Assembly (NCBI GenBank): GCA_964459445.1
Contig: CAYWMP010000002.1
Coordinates: forward strand, 4,293-68,292
Origin: an uncultured Desulfobacteraceae bacterium
Lineage (GTDB): Bacteria > Desulfobacterota > DSM-4660 > Desulfatiglandales > HGW-15
Length of the DNA: 64,000 nt
Direction of reading: 5' to 3'
Of this stretch, positions 58,019-64,000 are shown piece after piece. A program made the translations under genes and the position numbers. The stretch's first letter is position 1; every line of letters begins with the position of its first letter. A model generated the notes under the pieces. That model searched no databases and had not been told where the DNA came from. It was given only the letters and a program-made list of their open reading frames with translations.

Positions 58019-58383
58019 TCTTCGATGGCCGTGGACGGATGCACCTTGAGCTTTTTGAATAATTTCTCCATCTGATCCCCCTTCTCCAGGGTAGGATCAT
58101 ACTTAAAAATGATGTCCGGGACATACTTCATATCCAGGCGATGGCCGATTTCCCGCCTTATGAAACCCTTTGCTCTATCCAGTCCCGCTTGAACACTTTT
58201 GATATCCTCTTCGCTCCCCATAATGCTGTAAAAGGCCCTGGCGTGCTTGAGATCATTACTGACATGAATCCCCGTCAGCGTCACACCCTTGATCCTTGGG
58301 TCTCTTACCCTTCTCAGCAATAGCTCTGCTAGCTCTCGCATGATCTGATCGCCGACCCGCACTGACCTTTTTCCGGCAAGCAT
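58015..58383 (-). CDS. rbfA: ribosome-binding factor A
   Basis: RSVRVGDQIMRELAELLLRRVRDPRI. Lies between infB and truB. Confidence 0.9.
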   Translation of the reverse strand: MLAGKRSVRVGDQIMRELAELLLRRVRDPRIKGVTLTGIHVSNDLKHARAFYSIMGSEEDIKSVQAGLDRAKGFIRREIGHRLDMKYVPDIIFKYDPTLEKGDQMEKLFKKLKVHPSTAIEE

Positions 58384-58436
58384 TCTATTTCACCATACTC
58401 CCTTAAACAGACACCGTGACATCCTTCATCTGCCTA

Positions 58437-58724
58437 TTAGACATTCAAAATCTCCATCTTAGTATCCACAATCTCAGCCAGGTACAGGGATTCCAAGTAA
58501 TCCAAAACATTGTTCAGGGAAGCATCGATATGTCGTCGATCATTTCCAACCGAACTCACTCCCAACTCGATCTTTTGCCATTTATCATTAGAGCCGGTCT
58601 CTGCAATGGCCACATTGAACTTGTGCTTCACCTTGTCGACCATGCTCTTTACAATCTTTCTTTTACCCTTCAATGAACGGTTATCATGCAAGAGGAGGTC
58701 AATTTTCAAAATGCCGACAACCAT
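58437..58724 (-). CDS. DUF503 (YlxP-like) protein
   Basis: 95 aa with LHDNRSLKGKRKIV. Its position between infB and rbfA matches Bacillus ylxP. Confidence 0.7.
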   Translation of the reverse strand: MVVGILKIDLLLHDNRSLKGKRKIVKSMVDKVKHKFNVAIAETGSNDKWQKIELGVSSVGNDRRHIDASLNNVLDYLESLYLAEIVDTKMEILNV

Positions 58725-58798
58725 AATTGTGCCAATTTAGCCTTTTTCGATTCTACATATTCTAGGCAATGTCTTTATAGGGACGAAGACGGAAAAAA

Positions 58799-58869
58799 AG
58801 CTAAGGGCTTAAGGCTCAAAGCTTAAGTCAATGTGTCTTTCCCTTGTGCCTTACGTCTTACACCTTGGG
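58799..58869. repeat. word-repeat palindromic element (cttaag / ccttac words)
   Basis: aagctaagggcttaaggctcaaagcttaag ... cccttgtgccttacgtcttacaccttggg. It sits inside the infB-rbfA operon spacer. Confidence 0.55.
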
Positions 58870-58941
58870 CCCGTCTGCTTTGATTCCCGAGGCCCTTCAC
58901 ATTCAAAAATCATAATAAAGCGCTGTGATACAAACCATGAT

Positions 58942-61593
58942 CTATAACTCTGCCGCCACTTCCTGGATCTGATAAACCTCAAATACGTCGCCTTGCTTAA
59001 TATCCTGGAAATTCTCCAGCCCTATACCGCATTCATAGCCGGTCTGGACGTCTTTGACATCCTCCTTAAATCGTCTGAGAGATGCCACCTTCCCATCGTA
59101 AATCACGACATCATCCCTCAAGAGGCGAACATGGGCATTTCTTTCAACATGCCCGTCCGTGACATAACAACCCGCCACCGTTCCTATCTTGGGCACTCGA
59201 AACACATCTTTAATATCCACACGCCCTATGATGTTTTCCTTTAAGATCGGCTCAAGCAATCCGGTCATGGCCAATTTAATATCCTTTATGACATCGTAGA
59301 TTACGTCATAATAGCGAATATCGACCTTTTCCTTTTCCGCGATTTCGGTCACCCTTGGATTCGCCCTGACATTGAAACCGATGATGATGGCTTTTGAGGC
59401 TGTTGCGAGCATGACGTCCGATTCCGTTATGCCCCCGGTAGAAGAATGGATCATCCTAAGTTTCACCTCTTGGGTAGACAACTTGGTCAAGGCGTCCGCC
59501 AGGGCCTCGAGTGAGCCCTGTACATCTGCTTTTAGGACGATGCTGAGTTCTTTCACTTCTCCTTCTTTTATCTTCTCAAACAGATCATCCAGGCTGACGA
59601 TACCCGTGCGGGCGATCTCCTTTTGTCTTGCCTGGGTCTGTCGTGCCTCAATAATCTGTTTTGCGCCCTTCTCATCCTGAACCACGATAAACTCATCCCC
59701 CGCCATCGGAACGCCGGAAATACCATAGACCTCGGCCGGCATGGAGGGTCCTGCTGATTTCATGCGCTTTCCGCGGCTATTGAGCATGGCCCTTACTCGA
59801 CCATGGTTTTCCCCGCAGATAAAGTAGTCCCCCTGCTTGAGCGTCCCTCCCTTGATGAGCACTGTGGCAATGGGTCCTTTGCTTTTGTCCAGCCTTGCTT
59901 CAATGATGGTGCCCCTTGCCGACTTGTCCGGATTCGCCTTGAGTTCCAGCAACTCGGACTGCAATTGGATGAGTTCCAACAATTCATCTACACCCTGTCC
60001 TGTCTTGGCGGAAATATTGCCGTAAATGGTCTCCCCGCCCCAATCTTCGGGAGTTAACTCAAGTTCCGCCAATTCCCTCTTCACCTTGTCGGGATTTGCG
60101 TTAGCCTTATCGATCTTGTTGACGGCTACTATAATGGGGATGTCTGCGGCGCGGGCGTGGTTGACCGCCTCCTTGGTTTGAGGCATAACACCGTCATCGG
60201 CCGCAACAACCAGGACTATGAGATCGGTGACCTTTGCCCCCCTTGCCCGCATGGCCGTAAACGCTTCGTGCCCCGGTGTATCGAGAAAGACGATATTTGC
60301 ACTTTCCTTTTCAACATAATAGGCGCCAATATGCTGAGTAATCCCACCCGATTCACCGGCGATGATGTTGGACTCCCTGATGTAGTCCAACAGAGATGTC
60401 TTACCATGGTCAACATGACCCATGATGGTCACGACAGGCGGTCTTGGTTGCAATTCTTCCGGTTTATCCTCATCCTCGGCGAGAAAGCCTTCCATCTCAA
60501 ATTGATCCAATTCGAGCTCATAACCAAATTCATCCGCTACCAGTGAGGCTGTTTCAAAATCGATGGATTGATTGATGCCTGCCGGAGCGCCCAAGGCCAT
60601 CAGTTTTCTGATGAGTTCTGCTGCTTTGGTGCCCATCGCCTTTGCAAGTTCGGCAACGGTTACCTGTTCTTGAACCTTTATCCTCCTTTTGATGGCCTTT
60701 GGTACGGTTATCTCGGTTTGCTTTAGTTTTTTTCTGGATTCCTTGCCGACATCCTTCTTTTTGCGCCGGACCGGCCTCCCCTCATAGAGATCGGCGCGCT
60801 CAAACACTTCCAATTTACGATGCCGGACAACCCCCTTGGGCGTGGCCTCTCCTTTTCCTCGCTTTTTCTTATCCTTCTTTTTACGGCCCGGTTTTCCCTT
60901 CTTCTCCTCCGGCGCAGCGGGTTCGGGTTGGACCGGCATTTTTTTGGCCTTAGCAGGGGTGGGGCTTTTTGTTTCGACTTCTTTGGCGGCCTTTTTCTGC
61001 AATAGCGTCTTTAGTGGACCTTCCAAGGGGCCCTTGATGATCTTGGCGGGCTTACCGGATTTTTTCTTTTTCGCCTTCTTTCCCTTTTCAACAGGCTTTT
61101 CCTTGACTTCAGGCTCCGCTTCCAACGCTTCTTCAGCTTCCAGACCGGTGGTCTCTTTCGTGGGAACAGCCCTGCCTTCCAAATCCTTCTTCTCTACTTC
61201 TTCCGGTCCAACCTTTGCTTCTTCAATCCCTTTCTTTTTCTTTGCCCTCTTTGCAGTTTTCTTTGGGGTTGGAACTGCTTCCTTAATTGCTTCTTCCGGG
61301 GGTGTCGCAGGCGCTTCCTTTCCCAGTTCCTCTTCAACCTCAACGACAGGCTTCGCGGGTTCTTTCCTGACTGTCTTTTTTCGGCGACGTATGACTGTCG
61401 GTTTGATCCGTTTTTCTACTATGACTTCAGACACAACGCCCGCAACGATATCTTTGGCCTTGGCCACTGCGCCCTCATCCAGAGTGCTCATGTAATTCTT
61501 GATACTCATCCCTCCGTCCTGCAACTTTACAACGAGCTCCTTGCTGTCCAAATTGAGCTCTCTGGCTAACTCATAGACCCTGACTTTCGCCAT
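58942..61593 (-). CDS. infB: translation initiation factor IF-2
   Basis: GTPase motifs [14 protein letters not shown] and NKID. The N-terminal region is Lys/Glu/Pro-rich. Confidence 0.95.
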   Translation of the reverse strand: MAKVRVYELARELNLDSKELVVKLQDGGMSIKNYMSTLDEGAVAKAKDIVAGVVSEVIVEKRIKPTVIRRRKKTVRKEPAKPVVEVEEELGKEAPATPPEEAIKEAVPTPKKTAKRAKKKKGIEEAKVGPEEVEKKDLEGRAVPTKETTGLEAEEALEAEPEVKEKPVEKGKKAKKKKSGKPAKIIKGPLEGPLKTLLQKKAAKEVETKSPTPAKAKKMPVQPEPAAPEEKKGKPGRKKKDKKKRGKGEATPKGVVRHRKLEVFERADLYEGRPVRRKKKDVGKESRKKLKQTEITVPKAIKRRIKVQEQVTVAELAKAMGTKAAELIRKLMALGAPAGINQSIDFETASLVADEFGYELELDQFEMEGFLAEDEDKPEELQPRPPVVTIMGHVDHGKTSLLDYIRESNIIAGESGGITQHIGAYYVEKESANIVFLDTPGHEAFTAMRARGAKVTDLIVLVVAADDGVMPQTKEAVNHARAADIPIIVAVNKIDKANANPDKVKRELAELELTPEDWGGETIYGNISAKTGQGVDELLELIQLQSELLELKANPDKSARGTIIEARLDKSKGPIATVLIKGGTLKQGDYFICGENHGRVRAMLNSRGKRMKSAGPSMPAEVYGISGVPMAGDEFIVVQDEKGAKQIIEARQTQARQKEIARTGIVSLDDLFEKIKEGEVKELSIVLKADVQGSLEALADALTKLSTQEVKLRMIHSSTGGITESDVMLATASKAIIIGFNVRANPRVTEIAEKEKVDIRYYDVIYDVIKDIKLAMTGLLEPILKENIIGRVDIKDVFRVPKIGTVAGCYVTDGHVERNAHVRLLRDDVVIYDGKVASLRRFKEDVKDVQTGYECGIGLENFQDIKQGDVFEVYQIQEVAAEL

Positions 61594-61645
61594 TTAATCC
61601 CCCAAACACGTTCTCTTAGTATCGTCTGATTCCTATGTCCCTTGT

Positions 61646-61951
61646 TTACTGATAATCGAAATCCATCTTTCTACTGCTGACGGCAATGTCCTCTGCGTCC
61701 TTAAGAGCGAGACTCGCATCTATCGCCTTTTCGCTCTTCAGCGTCCTTTGGAGGCGCCTGTTATTTTTCAATAGATCAATGCAAGTCCTATTCTCACACA
61801 CATAGGCGCCTCTACCCGGTCGCCTCCCATGAATATCTCTTTCAAGTTGACCTTTTTCGTTCAAAACGAGCCGAACAAGTTCGTATTTTTTTCGCTTGGA
61901 ACCGCAGGATATGCATGTCCTGATAGGGATATGCTTCTTAGCCGTCCCCAT
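61646..61951 (-). CDS. ylxR: YlxR/DUF448-family RNA-binding protein
   Basis: IPIRTCISCGSKRKKYELVRL and RGAYVC. Overlaps the nusA 3' end by 14 nt. Confidence 0.8.
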   Translation of the reverse strand: MGTAKKHIPIRTCISCGSKRKKYELVRLVLNEKGQLERDIHGRRPGRGAYVCENRTCIDLLKNNRRLQRTLKSEKAIDASLALKDAEDIAVSSRKMDFDYQ

Positions 61952-63413
61952 TTTTCTCTTCGGAGGCCTCGTCCTCTATTCCCTTTTCCTCTTTTTCAGG
62001 TTTCTCTGTCTCGGAATCCTCTGCCTCAGGTTCTTCTATCTCGGGTTCCCCTGTCTTGGATTCTTCCGTCTCGGGCACCTCAGTCTCGGATTCCACCGAG
62101 TCCTCCACCTCTTCTTCCGCTGCCGCCCTCTCTTTGGCTTCTCTCTCCCTTTCTCTTTCAGCCTCTTCTTCCGCCTTCTTTAGCACCACATAGCCTTCGG
62201 CAGACTCGATGAGTTTTTTCGCCTTCTCCTCCCCTATCCCTTCGATATGGACCAATTCGGCAATCTCCGTCTGCGCGATATCTTCAGCAGACCTGAATCC
62301 CTCTTGATAAAGGTTCGAAGCGGTAGCCTCCCCGACCCCATCCAGCTGTAACAGGGAATTATAGGCGTCTTTCAGGGCACGATTGTAATTTGTCTCACTG
62401 GCAACATCCAGCTTCCAACCCGACAGTTTCGATGCAAGCCGGACATTCTGTCCCCGCTTGCCTATGGCCAATGATAATTGATCGTCCGGGACCACAACCT
62501 CCATGGCCCGATTCTCTTCATCGACAATTACCCGGACGATCTCTGAAGGGGCTAATGCATTGCATATGAACTTTGCGGGATCAGAATCCCAGGGCACGAT
62601 GTCTATTTTTTCACCACGCAGTTCCTGTACGACGGCCTGGACCCTTGAGCCGCGCATTCCCACGCATGCGCCGACCGGATCCACATCACTGTCTCTGGAG
62701 GACACAGCAATCTTGGCCCGGCTCCCAGGTTCTCTGGAGACCTGGATAATGGATACAATCCCTTCGGATATCTCTGGAACTTCATTCTCGAATAAAGCAC
62801 CAAGAAAATTAGGGTGTGTGCGGGACAAAATAATCTGGGGGCCCCTGCTGAACTGCCTCACGTCCAAAATGTAAGCCCTGACGCGATCACCCTGTTTGTA
62901 TGACTCCTTTGGTATCTGCTCCTTAACGGGGAGTTCTGCTTCGGCCCTTCCCAAATTGGCGATGATGGCGCCCTTGTCGAACCTTGAGACTATGCCGTGA
63001 ATAATCTCGCCCTTCCTATCCTTGAAATCGTCGTAAACAATATTCCTTTCGGCTTCACGAAGGCGCTGCATGATGACCTGTTTCGCGGATTGTGCCGCGA
63101 TTCTGCCGAATTCATCCGTATCCATCTTTACCCCAAGGCTGTCCCCTACTGCCGAGTCGGGATCAACGGATTTGGCTTCTTCCAATGAGATTTCCATGCT
63201 ATCGTTTGTGACACTATCCACCACATCCTTGAACTCAAAGACTTCAATTTCTCCGACCTCGTCATTGAAATTGACCTCAAGGTCATGCTCGATGCCCAGC
63301 CTCTTTTTGGCTGCGGCACGCACGGCTTCTTCTAGTGTCTGGATCAAAATTTCTCGATCCACGCCCTTCTCTCGGCTTACTTGGTCAATGACCCTTTTTA
63401 GTTCAGAAACCAT
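61938..63413 (-). CDS. nusA: transcription termination/antitermination factor NusA with acidic C-terminal tail
   Basis: N-terminal domain, S1, KH1/KH2 (GACVGMRGSRVQ), one HhH pair, then ~80 aa rich in Glu/Asp. Confidence 0.95.
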   Translation of the reverse strand: MVSELKRVIDQVSREKGVDREILIQTLEEAVRAAAKKRLGIEHDLEVNFNDEVGEIEVFEFKDVVDSVTNDSMEISLEEAKSVDPDSAVGDSLGVKMDTDEFGRIAAQSAKQVIMQRLREAERNIVYDDFKDRKGEIIHGIVSRFDKGAIIANLGRAEAELPVKEQIPKESYKQGDRVRAYILDVRQFSRGPQIILSRTHPNFLGALFENEVPEISEGIVSIIQVSREPGSRAKIAVSSRDSDVDPVGACVGMRGSRVQAVVQELRGEKIDIVPWDSDPAKFICNALAPSEIVRVIVDEENRAMEVVVPDDQLSLAIGKRGQNVRLASKLSGWKLDVASETNYNRALKDAYNSLLQLDGVGEATASNLYQEGFRSAEDIAQTEIAELVHIEGIGEEKAKKLIESAEGYVVLKKAEEEAEREREREAKERAAAEEEVEDSVESETEVPETEESKTGEPEIEEPEAEDSETEKPEKEEKGIEDEASEEKNGDG

Positions 63414-63458
63414 CTTTCATTTACTCCAGAGATTGTTGATGTTTTGGGATATCGAACC

Positions 63459-63932
63459 TCATTTCTCGAAATCATATAAAAGATTCGCCTTTTCTAACTC
63501 GGACCAAAGCAAGTCTGTCAATCCGGACTCGGTCTCAAGGTAGAGCGTCTTTCCTTTGAAGTTTTTAAGATAACCTGTGAAGTTTCGCCGACCGTCCTTC
63601 GGGACAAGCGTTTTAACCTTTATCTTCTTGCCGATGGCCCAAACGAAATCCTTTTCTTTCTTCAGGGGTCTGTTGAGACCGGGGGATGAAACTTCAAGGA
63701 CATATTCATGATCAATGATATCCTTTACATCGATTAGGTCTCCAACCTCCCTGCTGATCCTGACACAATCATCGATCGTTACGCCACCGTCCTGGTCCAC
63801 AAACAACCTTAGGACCCATTTTCCATGCTTGGACAAATAGTCTATATCGACCAATTCGAAACCCAAATCATCGAGAATGGGTTCCACAAGATCGGTAACG
63901 GCCTGCCCTATCGAAGAAACCTTGGTTTCCAT
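63459..63932 (-). CDS. rimP: ribosome maturation factor RimP
   Basis: LVEPILDDLGFELVDIDY..GKWVLRLFVD. Lies immediately upstream of nusA. Confidence 0.9.
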   Translation of the reverse strand: METKVSSIGQAVTDLVEPILDDLGFELVDIDYLSKHGKWVLRLFVDQDGGVTIDDCVRISREVGDLIDVKDIIDHEYVLEVSSPGLNRPLKKEKDFVWAIGKKIKVKTLVPKDGRRNFTGYLKNFKGKTLYLETESGLTDLLWSELEKANLLYDFEK

Positions 63933-63936
63933 TATT

Positions 63937-63964
63937 AAAAAAAAAGCGGGTGCGTGAGACCCGC
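63937..63964 (-). terminator. intrinsic terminator/attenuator hairpin abutting the rimP start codon
   Basis: The minus-strand RNA reads GCGGGU-cucacgc-ACCCGC, then U9, then AAUA-AUG (the rimP start). Confidence 0.7.
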
Positions 63965-64000
63965 TTCCTGACTGCAGACTGAATTGTTTCTTGTCTGTTA

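Noticed and set aside
60836-61495. 219-aa + strand ORF rich in Phe/Ser/Gly/Ala.
   Set aside because: It is antisense to the Lys/Glu/Pro-rich N-terminal region of infB, so it is a low-complexity shadow ORF.
61829-62212. + strand ORFs (127 and 95 aa) with repetitive Pro/Leu/Ser/Phe sequence.
   Set aside because: They are antisense to the acidic C-terminal tail of NusA and to ylxR.

Overview
This is a 64-kb chromosomal window of roughly 50% GC. Its gene content suggests an anaerobic Desulfobacterota (deltaproteobacterial) genome; that is inferred from gene content only. I saw no rRNA, tRNA or CRISPR array.

**1-20.9 kb, mixed accessory-type genes.** This stretch holds a partial methyl-accepting chemotaxis protein and an ABC-2 exporter with a LolA-like protein. 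It also has a class III cyclase-TPR protein, and a hybrid GAF/PAS histidine kinase with a CheY-like regulator. Other genes are hydrolases and oxidoreductases, a VapBC pair, and a Phd-like antitoxin followed by a decayed RelE stub. A QueG-like gene is broken at a homopolymer, and a 5'-truncated IS200/RAYT-like transposase gene is present.

**20.9-30 kb, beta-oxidation-type operon.** A TetR regulator gene precedes DUF362, Hbd, a FadB/J-like fusion, thiolase and a long acyl-CoA dehydrogenase.

**30-52 kb, the most interesting coding content.** This is a ~22-kb carbohydrate-type locus with no recognisable regulator.
- It combines a glycyl radical enzyme with its activase, an aldo/keto reductase, and two BtpA/SgcQ-family proteins.
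- It also has an RbsD/FucU mutarotase, a PfkB kinase and an AllA-like cupin.
- Uptake is by a CUT1-type ABC transporter with two ATPases.
- The rest is an orphan TPP-dependent E1 alpha/beta pair, an FGGY kinase and DhaKL.
- No recognisable isomerase or aldolase is present.

**52.5-64 kb, conserved housekeeping block.** The order is rimP-nusA-ylxR-infB-DUF503-rbfA-truB-rpsO-pnp-M16 peptidase-dut.

**Non-coding content is unusually rich.**
- A ~270-bp structured element with terminal inverted repeats (TIRs) occurs in two diverged copies.
- A 217-bp element with 32-bp TIRs sits between the radical enzyme gene and its activase.
- A nested-hairpin element lies next to the transposase remnant.
- Word-repeat palindromic elements fill most longer intergenic spacers.
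- A (CT)19 microsatellite is fused to a sigma-54-like promoter.
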